A stretch of 13,019 nt of DNA from assembly GCA_964012805.1 (NCBI GenBank), contig CAXGUD010000074.1, positions 1 to 13,019 of the forward strand, given 5' to 3'. A program made the translations under genes and the position numbers. Source of the DNA: an uncultured Bacteriovoracaceae bacterium. Its GTDB lineage: Bacteria; Bdellovibrionota; Bacteriovoracia; Bacteriovoracales; Bacteriovoracaceae. Of this stretch, positions 1-7,987 are shown piece by piece (the stretch's first letter is position 1; each line of letters opens with the position of its first letter). The notes below the pieces were generated by a model. The model worked only from the letters and a program-made list of their open reading frames with translations, had not been told where the DNA came from and made no database searches.

Positions 1-2720
1 ACTACATCCATTCCTACACCGCGTCCCGAATATTCACTTACAGACTCTTTAGTCGAAAAGTCTGGCCTAAAAATTAAGTTCAACAATTCATTTTTATTAA
101 GGTTTTCTGATCCTTTTTCAGATATCAAGCCTTTCTCTAGAGCTTTTACTTTAACCTTATTGTGATCGATTCCTCTACCGTTATCTGAAACAACTATTGT
201 AATTTTATCTTTTAAACGGGATAGCCTAATCGAAATAACTCCTTTGCTCTCAATACCGTGATCCATAGAATTTTGAATAATATGAGTCAGGCACTCTTTT
301 AAAATTACATTTTGACCTTTTTCGAGGTATATCTGATCACCACTAATCCTTAAATCAATTTTTTTATTAAGAAGACGTTCTAAATTTTTAATTATTTTAG
401 AAAAATTTGAACATGTTAAATTAAAATTGACTTTTAACATTTCATTTAATCTTTCAGCAAGCTCATCGTTTCCCATTTTTTTTAAAAAGGAATTTGTCTC
501 TTTTATTCTAGATTTTATAAGATTTGAAGGTATTTCCAGATATTGTTCATTTTCTTCATTTTTCGATAAAAGATCGATATTAAAAATTTCATTAGCAAGA
601 TCTAAATAAATATTTACATCAGTTTTAAGTTGCAATAATAAGCTTTCAAGACAATCTTGTAGATCTGCTTTATTTGTTTTAAAAGACTTAATCTCTTTTA
701 GTTCATTTTCCAACAAATGTATATCACTAGAAAGTTGATTGAAACCATAAAATCTCGCCAATCCTTTTAGGGTATGAAAACAACGGTTAAAATTATTAAT
801 GTTAACACTCTTTATAGCTTCAGTGCATATGTTTATATTTTTGAAGAACTCAATTTTAAAATTAATTATATCAACCTTCTTATTGCTTGCTATTTCCTGA
901 AGCTTTCTCATCCTTAGAATATTCTCTTTTTCTTTTGTCTTGTTTATTTTTTCCAGATTTTCAATTTCACTTATATTTTCTACTACAAATAAAATTTTAG
1001 TTGTAATATCCAATTCATTAACAATTGATGAATAAGAGATTCTTAACGTCATCTCTTCACTTCTTGAATTAATGTATTTTATCTTTTTGGGTAAAGTTCC
1101 TTCAGAACAAAAGAACTGAAGTTTATTGACCCCAACAGATGATAGAATTCCAAAGTTTATTCTTGAATAGTCCTCACTGTCTTTAGAGATATCCTTAAAT
1201 AAAATATCAAAAACATTTTTACCAATAATAACTTTTTCAAAAATATTTTTACAATACTTGGAAACGGGTGAAACAATATTTCCATTGTCCTCTACTGCAA
1301 AAACAGCTTGAAGCATATTGTCCAAAATAGTTGAGACATTATTTTTTTCATCAGAAATTTCTTTGTTTTTATTTACTAACTCCAAGGCTTTTTTGTTTAA
1401 ATTATCAGTTCTTTCTAAAACTTTGGCCTCGAGGGTTTCATTTGCTTCTTGTACTCTTTTATACATAATTCCTGATATTCTAATTTCCTCTTCAACTTGG
1501 TACTTTTCAATTTCTAGCTTGTCCAAGAGCAACTTTTCTTTTCTAAGTGCAATTTTTTGTTGGTAATTAAATTTATCTGCTACCCCCATTGAAAGAAAAA
1601 TCAACTCCAAAGCATTACCAAAGTAGATTATGTTAAGAGTAAAAAAATTAACTGGTAAAACTTTTAAAAAAGGAAGGTTGTAAATAAAAAAGCCTAAAAG
1701 CAAAACCAAGATACTTAAAAGGTAAAATATCGATGGACGGTTATTCATTTTAAATTTGTAAATAGCAACAAATAAAATAAAAGGCGTAAAAATAGTTACA
1801 GTGAAATAGAGTACTTTAATGTTTATTTCTTGCCTGAAAATGAGTGATCCTATGGCCAATAAAAAACCTAAGAATATAAAAAATAAGCAACCTTTGTATA
1901 TGTTAGGGTTATTTTCCTTCAGTCCTAAGTAATGTACTGTAAAAAGGTTGAAAAAGATGCCAGCTAGTCCAAAAGAGAATAAAATTCCTTCTTTTGAAAT
2001 CCAAACTGAATTAGGTATCAAAAACCTTTGAGAGAATCCTGCGATTATAAAAAGGAATATACCCACAAAAAATACATACAATGAATAGTAAAGGTTACCT
2101 AAACTTCTTGTTGAAATAAAGATGAATATATTAGAAAGAAATATTGATATTATTAATCCAAAGAATAAGCCCCTTATGAGATTATCCTTCGACCTCTCTT
2201 GTATAAGGCGGTTTGATGTCGTAATGGTTAAATCTATTCCTGAAACAGTCGAATTAACTTTAAAATAATAAATTGACTTTTTTTTATTTGGAACCTTGAA
2301 AATAAAGCCTTTGTCCTTTATTTCTCTTGTATGAAACGGTTTCATCACTCCAGTAGATATGGGTTCCCATTTTTCGTTTACTTTTTTAAAAAAAACTAGA
2401 TTCTCCAAAAGTGGAAAACGTTGATAAATCAACCATGAGTTTTTTTTACTTTGATTTTTTAATTCAAACCTAATCCAGTAATTACTCTTTGAAAAACCAT
2501 AAAAAATTGTTTTCTTCTTATTTCTTTTAAATTTTGAATCCCATTCTGGCAGGGTGATATCTCTTATTGTAAGTTTCTTTGTTGGATCTTCTAAAATATC
2601 TAAATGAGTATTGATTTCATAAAAAACATTTTTATCTACTAAGGTAACAGCACGATCCTTTCCATATGATGAAATTGTAGTTATTAAGATTAATAAAAAA
2701 ATGAATTTATTCTTTTGCAT
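1..2720 (-). CDS. Membrane-anchored CheA-like (HPt + HATPase_c) histidine kinase with 7TMR-DISMED2/7TM-DISM sensor and PAS-like domain; 3' end outside the window
   Basis: My translation of the minus strand from ATG 2720 stays in frame to the window edge (906 codons visible). It begins with a signal-like MQKNKFIFLLILITTISSYG, then DISMED2 motifs LDILEDPTKKLTIRDI and FYGFSKSNYWIRFEL, and about seven TM helices ending GNALELIFLSMGVADKF. Next come a coiled coil (LEAKVLERT), PAS-like ILDNMLQAVFAVEDNGNI and HPt FHTLKG (His codon 774-776). The ATPase boxes are N HIIQNSMDHGIE, G1 SDNGRG and F/G2 IFRPDFSTKESVSEYSGRGVGMDV. It is absent from the ORF track because no stop lies in the window. Confidence 0.93.
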   Translation of the reverse strand, partial: MQKNKFIFLLILITTISSYGKDRAVTLVDKNVFYEINTHLDILEDPTKKLTIRDITLPEWDSKFKRNKKKTIFYGFSKSNYWIRFELKNQSKKNSWLIYQRFPLLENLVFFKKVNEKWEPISTGVMKPFHTREIKDKGFIFKVPNKKKSIYYFKVNSTVSGIDLTITTSNRLIQERSKDNLIRGLFFGLIISIFLSNIFIFISTRSLGNLYYSLYVFFVGIFLFIIAGFSQRFLIPNSVWISKEGILFSFGLAGIFFNLFTVHYLGLKENNPNIYKGCLFFIFLGFLLAIGSLIFRQEINIKVLYFTVTIFTPFILFVAIYKFKMNNRPSIFYLLSILVLLLGFFIYNLPFLKVLPVNFFTLNIIYFGNALELIFLSMGVADKFNYQQKIALRKEKLLLDKLEIEKYQVEEEIRISGIMYKRVQEANETLEAKVLERTDNLNKKALELVNKNKEISDEKNNVSTILDNMLQAVFAVEDNGNIVSPVSKYCKNIFEKVIIGKNVFDILFKDISKDSEDYSRINFGILSSVGVNKLQFFCSEGTLPKKIKYINSRSEEMTLRISYSSIVNELDITTKILFVVENISEIENLEKINKTKEKENILRMRKLQEIASNKKVDIINFKIEFFKNINICTEAIKSVNINNFNRCFHTLKGLARFYGFNQLSSDIHLLENELKEIKSFKTNKADLQDCLESLLLQLKTDVNIYLDLANEIFNIDLLSKNEENEQYLEIPSNLIKSRIKETNSFLKKMGNDELAERLNEMLKVNFNLTCSNFSKIIKNLERLLNKKIDLRISGDQIYLEKGQNVILKECLTHIIQNSMDHGIESKGVISIRLSRLKDKITIVVSDNGRGIDHNKVKVKALEKGLISEKGSENLNKNELLNLIFRPDFSTKESVSEYSGRGVGMDV

Positions 2721-2758
2721 TGAGTTTAACCAAAAAATATTTTCAAAATCTTGTAATC

Positions 2759-2785
2759 TTATCGATCTAGGCATTTAAAAACCTA
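2759..2785 (-). promoter_or_regulatory. Possible sigma-28 (FliA)-type promoter of the CheA-like kinase
   Basis: Minus strand reads TAGG-N15-ATCGATAA, ending about 40 nt before ATG 2720. The consensus is TAAA-N15-GCCGATAA, so the match is imperfect. Confidence 0.3.
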
Positions 2786-2819
2786 AAATAATAGCTGATT
2801 GTATGATATTTTTATTTCC

Positions 2820-2841
2820 TTTCTTTTTTATAAAAAAGAAA
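2820..2841. repeat. 22-bp perfect palindrome
   Basis: TTTCTTTTTTATAAAAAAGAAA is its own reverse complement. It is low-complexity and its function is unknown. Confidence 0.4.
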
Positions 2842-2965
2842 TTAAGTTTAGAAGTGAATCGTTAAATAATTATAATAGTTTTTTATCACTGTTGTTTGAC
2901 ATTTTTTTATATATATAAATTTAACTTTCTCTATATTTTTGAAGAAGAGTTTTTCTTAAATTAAT

Positions 2966-3457
2966 TTAATACTGAGAGTTATCCAGAAAAAAAGCATCAA
3001 TATATTTTAAGGCCTTATTTCGTACTTCGTCCTTTTCCATTAAAATCTCATGTTTCGATTTCTTCATCCGGATTAATTTACAATTTTTTGTCATTTTTTT
3101 GCAAAATAGACTTTGAGGATTACCTTTACCAAATCTGAAATATCTTGTCCTTTATCGTCGAAAGTATATATGGGGGAATAACCCATTTTAAGCAAGTCAT
3201 AATAAAGCTAATTATAATTAATGTAGGGTTCTCCTTGGCCGAAACAAAAATAACAGAACTTTTTTACCATTTCCTTTGATTTGAAAATGATTTATTCTAC
3301 TTTCCTTTTCTCCTTTGAAATATCATTTCTTTCCATTTGCTTTCATAAAATTAGATAGTGTTTTATCCCACTTTTTGTTTATTTCCTTTTCAGGTATCTT
3401 ATAGAGATTACTTATTAATAAAATCGTTATTGATATTATGGTTATTAAGTAACACAT
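2966..3457 (-). pseudogene. Pseudogene of a lysophospholipase L2 (PldB)-like alpha/beta hydrolase with nonsense codons, frameshifts and a large internal deletion
   Basis: RBS AAGGGA (3470-3465) and ATG 3457. The pieces read MCYLITIISITILLISNLYKIPEKEINKKWDKTLSNFMKANGKK*YFKGEKESRINHFQIKGNGKKVLLF / GQGEPYINYN*LYYDLLKMGYSPIYTFDDKGQDISD / GKGNPQSLFCKKMTKNCKLIRMKKSKHEILMEKDEVRNKALKYIDAFFLDNSQY*. These match the PldB-family motifs GRxExYxKYxELxYDLxxxGY...DHRGQGxS and the C-terminal HEILxEKDxxRxxALxxIxxFF. Stops are TGA 3323-3325 and TAG 3208-3210, frameshifts lie near 3245 and 3130, and the terminal TAA is at 2966-2968. Confidence 0.85.
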
Positions 3458-3486
3458 AAGTCTTTCCCTTCAATTATTCTTTTCTC

Positions 3487-3516
3487 TATTAAATCTTTGT
3501 TAATAAAGATTTAATA
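3487..3516. promoter_or_regulatory. Inverted repeat, candidate operator
   Basis: TATTAAATCTTT-gttaat-AAAGATTTAATA has 12-bp perfect arms. It lies 30 nt upstream of the pseudogene start, in the divergent promoter region. Confidence 0.45.
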
Positions 3517-3663
3517 ATTTTGAATTTGTTCAATACAAAAAGTATTTAGGCAATCTTTCTTCTTTAAAAATTAATTTATTTTAAGCTAGTTAATTTTTAA
3601 TAATATTAGATTCGACTTTTTAACAAAGGTCTAAAAAAAATAATTTTAGTTTAATAGAAGGGT

Positions 3664-3689
3664 TTAATTATGCCTTTTATTTCCGATAA
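3664..3689 (+). promoter_or_regulatory. Possible sigma-28-type promoter of the 827-aa sensor gene
   Basis: TTAA-N14-TCCGATAA is a 7/8 match to GCCGATAA. It overlaps ATG 3670 and would favour ATG 3697 as the start. Confidence 0.35.
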
Positions 3690-6153
3690 GTTTGCTATGG
3701 TTTTTAAACTTTTTTTTTCGATTTTTTTTATCTTGTCCTTTGTTTTGAAAAGCTATTCTGCAAATTTAATTTTAAATGATGAATCGAATCATTATTCTTT
3801 AAAAAGAAATTTATATGTATATGATAAGAGCAAGAATTCTCTTTCAATCCACGAACTAATCAAAAATACCATTAAGGAAGAAGCGATAAAATTATCCAAT
3901 TTTAAAGTTATAAAAAATGATGAATATCATTGGTTTATGTTAATAGTTAAAAATAACTTTAAAAATGAAGATAATAAGTTTTTAATTTTAAATAGAGAAA
4001 ATAATAAAATTATCCCCGTTTTTTACAAAGGGAAAAGTAAATGGATTGAAAATAGTATAAAACCTTTTTCTATATCTAAAAAAGAAAAATCTTATTTTTA
4101 CTTAAAATTAAAACCTTCTTTAATTAATTTTAAAAAATTAATAATTTTCAATAACAAAGAACTTTCTCGAATCAGATTTTTTGAAAAATACTTGTCGATG
4201 TTTGTTTTAAATCTTTTGGCTTTTTTATTGATATTTAATGTTTTTGTTTTTTTTAATATTAAAAATAAAAAAAATATAGGTTTTTTGATAGGCTATATTT
4301 ACTTTCTAATTCTTTATTTTGTTTTTAGTAAAAACTTTCTAATTGATTTTTCAAGATATCAAAATAGTAAATCAATTGAATACTTACACTTGATTTCACT
4401 AAGTTTTAATATGATATTTCAATTTTTTATTTCACTAAATTATTTTAAAATAAATAAAGAAACGAGCAATTTAAAAATTATTTTATCTATTCCTTTAATT
4501 TTGATTGTCACAAGTATTATTTCAATAACTTTTAAATATAACTCAGTCGGAGTACACTTTCTAATCTATACTTTAATGAATTTATTTTTGATTATTTTTG
4601 GGGTGCTAAGATTTAATTTTTCACACAATTCATTTAAAATGTTCTTTTTTGCGATAGCTTTTCTTTTAATCGGGTCAGTAATCAATTTATTAAATCTATT
4701 TGATTTATTAAAATCATTTTTTTTCTATGATTTTGTTATTTATATTTTTCAATTGTTAGGCTCGTTTTTGTTTACCTTTTCACTTTTATTAGAAATCAAG
4801 AAATCTACGAATAGTGAAAGTAATAAAAAATTAACTTTAATTGAATCCAAGTTAGAAAAAGAAAAAAATGATAATAACGTTCTAATAACACAGTTGGAGA
4901 AAGAAAAAGATAAAATGTCATCTTTAAAAGATGAATTATTTGATAAAAAATCAGAAACAGATGCTATTTTAGAAATTTCTGGAAAAGCCTTTTTGACTAT
5001 AGATTGTTATGGAAAAATTTGTCAGCCTATTTCAAATCGATGCATTGAAATCCTAGGGAGGGAAGTAGAAGGAGAAAAACCAAGTAATATATTGTTCCCT
5101 AATTTAAAACCTGGAATGAAAGAATTTGAAGAATTAAAAAATAACTTAATCAAGGTATTTGGCGCTAAAAGAGATTTTTTTAATGCTCTTCAAATAAGGT
5201 TTCCTAGGAAATCGCTCATATTAACAGGTACTGAATCAAAAAAACTAATTATTAAAATAACATATGAACCTATTATGGATAAACATGATAATGTATTAAA
5301 AATTTTGTGTTTGATAGAGGATAAAACGACTGAGTCCGACGAGTTTTATACAATTAAATCTGAAAGTTTAAGATACTCTTTTTTATCTGATATATTTAAC
5401 ATGTCAGATGAAATGAGAAAAGATATAGCTAAAAAGTTAGAACTTCCTATTAAGCATCTCTATGAGCTTTTGAATTATCTTTCAAATTCATCAATAGAAG
5501 GAGAAAAACCTACTATTGTAACGAGAACTGTTAGATACTTACTCGATCACTTTACAAAAGATTTTTCGACAGAATCACTAGAAAAAAATATTGATTTATA
5601 TAAAAATGATATAAATATTCAGATTGAGTTTTTTGAAAAATTTGGCGCGGAAAATGGTTATGTATCTATTAGCTCAGTTGTAGGAGTCTACGATTTAGTC
5701 GTTAATCTTTTGGCCGACACACTTCAATTCTGCGAAGAATTAGAAAGATTTAATATTGGATTCAAAATTGATGAAGATATTGAACAAGAGGTTGAGGACA
5801 CTCTAGAAATACTTAGTTCACAATTTTCTAATCTTATGGAATATACATTTCTTATACGAAATCAGGAGATTAATAAAATTACAAATAATGATCTTAAAAA
5901 AGCAGTTGTTAATGCAAAAAATATAAGTAAAAAGAACTTTGAAACAAATATTCCTTTGATTTATCAAAAAGCAAAAAAACTTTCTCTTTTATATTTTGTT
6001 CAAGGAGAGCATTTTAAGTTTAGTGTGTTCGAAGATTTTGCTGAATCCGTAAAATTACTGCCAAAAGTTGATGTTTTAACTGCTTCTGACTTAAGGTATA
6101 ATTTATTAGATCCTTATTTAGAGACTCTTAAATTAAAAGACGATTTTTTATGA
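3670..6153 (+). CDS. 7TM-DISM sensor protein with PAS-like domain and degenerate HPt-like helical C-terminus; no HATPase domain
   Basis: 827-aa ORF with a signal-like N-terminus and a DISMED2-like region (LYVYDKSKNSLSIHEL, EYHWFMLIVKN). About seven hydrophobic helices and a coiled coil follow. PAS-like AILEISGKAFLTIDCYGKICQPISNRCIEILG aligns by eye with ILDNMLQAVFAVEDNGNIVSPVSKYCKNIF of the neighbouring kinase. No HTLKG, N, G1 or G2 boxes are present. The start may be ATG 3697. Confidence 0.8.
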   Translation: MPFISDKFAMVFKLFFSIFFILSFVLKSYSANLILNDESNHYSLKRNLYVYDKSKNSLSIHELIKNTIKEEAIKLSNFKVIKNDEYHWFMLIVKNNFKNEDNKFLILNRENNKIIPVFYKGKSKWIENSIKPFSISKKEKSYFYLKLKPSLINFKKLIIFNNKELSRIRFFEKYLSMFVLNLLAFLLIFNVFVFFNIKNKKNIGFLIGYIYFLILYFVFSKNFLIDFSRYQNSKSIEYLHLISLSFNMIFQFFISLNYFKINKETSNLKIILSIPLILIVTSIISITFKYNSVGVHFLIYTLMNLFLIIFGVLRFNFSHNSFKMFFFAIAFLLIGSVINLLNLFDLLKSFFFYDFVIYIFQLLGSFLFTFSLLLEIKKSTNSESNKKLTLIESKLEKEKNDNNVLITQLEKEKDKMSSLKDELFDKKSETDAILEISGKAFLTIDCYGKICQPISNRCIEILGREVEGEKPSNILFPNLKPGMKEFEELKNNLIKVFGAKRDFFNALQIRFPRKSLILTGTESKKLIIKITYEPIMDKHDNVLKILCLIEDKTTESDEFYTIKSESLRYSFLSDIFNMSDEMRKDIAKKLELPIKHLYELLNYLSNSSIEGEKPTIVTRTVRYLLDHFTKDFSTESLEKNIDLYKNDINIQIEFFEKFGAENGYVSISSVVGVYDLVVNLLADTLQFCEELERFNIGFKIDEDIEQEVEDTLEILSSQFSNLMEYTFLIRNQEINKITNNDLKKAVVNAKNISKKNFETNIPLIYQKAKKLSLLYFVQGEHFKFSVFEDFAESVKLLPKVDVLTASDLRYNLLDPYLETLKLKDDFL

Positions 6154-6305
6154 CTCATAGATATGATTACAATTATTACTTTCTATCTTCTTAATAAATA
6201 AACCTTTGTTTTCTTTTTTATCGATAAAGTGACTTTAATCAACTTTTAAGGTATCTATTTTTAATATCTTATATTTTATTTATAGCAATAAACGGGAGTA
6301 TTATT

Positions 6306-7220
6306 TTGAATTTATATTTTAAAAAATATTTTTTTATTATTCAGCTTTTTATTTTTTCTCTCGATGTTTTTGCATTAAATAAACAATTTCCTGCTGATAA
6401 TTATGACTATAAGCCTGTTCAGGATATAGGCATTCGGCAGTATGAAGCGACATCACTTCATGGTACAAAAAAAATAGTTCTAACGTTTGATGATGGACCA
6501 AATACTCATGTAACGCCTAAAATTTTAGACTTACTTAATAAGTATAATGTTAAGGCAACATTTTTTATTAATACATCCAACTTGGATTCAAAAAAAATCC
6601 CTATAGCATATAGAATTTTAGAGGAAGGACATATTTTAGCAAGTCATGACTTTGACCACAGAGATAATAATAAGGAAAATGAAAATGTTTTTAGGGAAGG
6701 TCTTTTACGCTCTATTTTTGATATTAAAAAATTAGAAAGAAATTTAGGGTTAGTTAAAAAAGGTATCTATTTTAGATTTCCCTATGGGTATTATGGTCTA
6801 AATGCAGCATATCATCATATGAATGTAATCAAAGAAGTTTCAAAAAAAGTTTACGATGAAAATTGCATCAATTTTGTTTTTTGGGATATTGACACTAAAG
6901 ATTGGGGGCCTGGTATGACTTCTTTGGAAATATCTCAAAATGTTAAATCATATATGATGGGTGGAAAGGCCACTACGGTTTTTATGGAAAATAACCGCTG
7001 GGTTAAAAAGATAATTAATATTCAAAAGCCTCTAATGGGAGGTGTTGTACTACTTCATGATAAAAGAGAGGAAACTTATTATGCCACGGAAAGTATATTA
7101 AAAATGGCCAATGATCTTAATTGGGATGTTGTTCCTTTAAGTAGTGTCAAGGAATTTAGTTTTGATAAAAAAGAATGTCTGATAAAAAAAGATATGAGTT
7201 TAAGTTCACTTGGGAATTAA
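6306..7220 (+). CDS. Secreted polysaccharide/peptidoglycan deacetylase (CE4, NodB homology)
   Basis: All five CE4 motifs are present: LTFDDGP, SHDFDH, YFRFPYG, WDIDTKDW and VVLLHD. There is an N-terminal signal peptide (..LDVFA) and RBS GGGAG 6294-6298 before the TTG start. Confidence 0.93.
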   Translation: MNLYFKKYFFIIQLFIFSLDVFALNKQFPADNYDYKPVQDIGIRQYEATSLHGTKKIVLTFDDGPNTHVTPKILDLLNKYNVKATFFINTSNLDSKKIPIAYRILEEGHILASHDFDHRDNNKENENVFREGLLRSIFDIKKLERNLGLVKKGIYFRFPYGYYGLNAAYHHMNVIKEVSKKVYDENCINFVFWDIDTKDWGPGMTSLEISQNVKSYMMGGKATTVFMENNRWVKKIINIQKPLMGGVVLLHDKREETYYATESILKMANDLNWDVVPLSSVKEFSFDKKECLIKKDMSLSSLGN

Positions 7221-7247
7221 TGGGTAAGGTTTTAAGTTCCTTACCCA
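7221..7247. terminator. Hairpin between convergent genes, probable terminator
   Basis: TGGGTAAGG-ttttaagtt-CCTTACCCA forms a 9-bp perfect stem directly after the stop at 7220 and 18 nt from the convergent stop at 7266. There is no strong U-tract. Confidence 0.6.
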
Positions 7248-7265
7248 AAAATATAGAAGAATAGA

Positions 7266-7799
7266 TTACTTTTCGATTGATTTATTTATTTTTTTGCTAA
7301 ATGAATTTCCATGCTCATCCAATCCACTTATGACAAAATGTTTTAAACTATAAGGGACTCCAAAAAATGTTTTTAATTCTCCATAGAGTGTGTTTATTCG
7401 AATAATTCCGTACTCAGTTGTATCAGCTTCAACATAAGCGTTACATGTACCGTCTTCTAACATTTCAGACCTTGCAATCAAGTCTCCTTTTAAAAAGTCA
7501 CCAACTTTTTCCACTGCATAATTAGAAAAAATGACTTTGTCTTCAGTTTTTAAGGAAAAGTTGCTTTTCACATAACTTGCTTCAGGCCACTTTGGAGAAT
7601 GTTTTTTAGGATCATTTCCTAAGATCCAGTAAATGTTTAAAGGATTAGATAAGTTAAATTGACATTGGTCATTTAGATTTGCATCAAAATGAAGGATGTT
7701 ATTTGGATTGAAGTTTTTCTTTGCAAGAAATAGCTTATGGCTTTTTGAAAAACCGCTAAATGAGAATGATAAAGCTAAAGCAAGAATTAAAAATTTCAT
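7266..7799 (-). CDS. Secreted DUF4833-like hypothetical protein
   Basis: 177 aa with a signal peptide and RBS AGGAG (7812-7808). LFLAKKNFNPNNILHFDANL...NPLNIYW and the C-terminal LKHFVISGLD resemble DUF4833 patterns as I recall them. Confidence 0.65.
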   Translation of the reverse strand: MKFLILALALSFSFSGFSKSHKLFLAKKNFNPNNILHFDANLNDQCQFNLSNPLNIYWILGNDPKKHSPKWPEASYVKSNFSLKTEDKVIFSNYAVEKVGDFLKGDLIARSEMLEDGTCNAYVEADTTEYGIIRINTLYGELKTFFGVPYSLKHFVISGLDEHGNSFSKKINKSIEK

Positions 7800-7987
7800 T
7801 AAGTAATCTCCTTTTAAGTTCTAAAGCAATTTAAATAAAACCTATTTATTTAAACAAAGGTTATTTATTTGTTTTGTCTTCTTATTTATTTTTAAGGCTT
7901 TATAGTTTAGCTATGGACTTTGATCTATAAAAAATTGGGCGTCGTGTAAAAACGAAAGGGTTTAACAACGATTTTTTGCTCGATTAT

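Noticed and set aside
427..609. 60-aa plus-strand ORF
   Set aside because: Antisense shadow of the CheA-like kinase gene, with no recognisable motifs.
1318..1566. 82-aa plus-strand ORF
   Set aside because: Antisense shadow of the kinase coiled-coil region; its Ser/Phe/Leu-rich composition is typical of such shadows.
3323..3325. In-frame TGA as possible stop-codon recoding
   Set aside because: TGA terminates other genes here (6153, 8542), and the same locus also has a TAG, frameshifts and a deletion, so decay explains it.
3564..3600. TTAAAAATTAA...TTAATTTTTAA inverted repeat
   Set aside because: A/T-only arms in extremely AT-rich sequence; expected by chance.
7941..7972. Imperfect hairpin with a GAAA tetraloop (GTCGTGTAAAAACGAAAGGGTTTAACAACGAT) as a possible c-di-GMP-I riboswitch
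   Set aside because: It lacks the flanking GGCAAA/GACGCAAA elements and second stem, and the stem has mismatches. An Infernal/Rfam scan would settle it.
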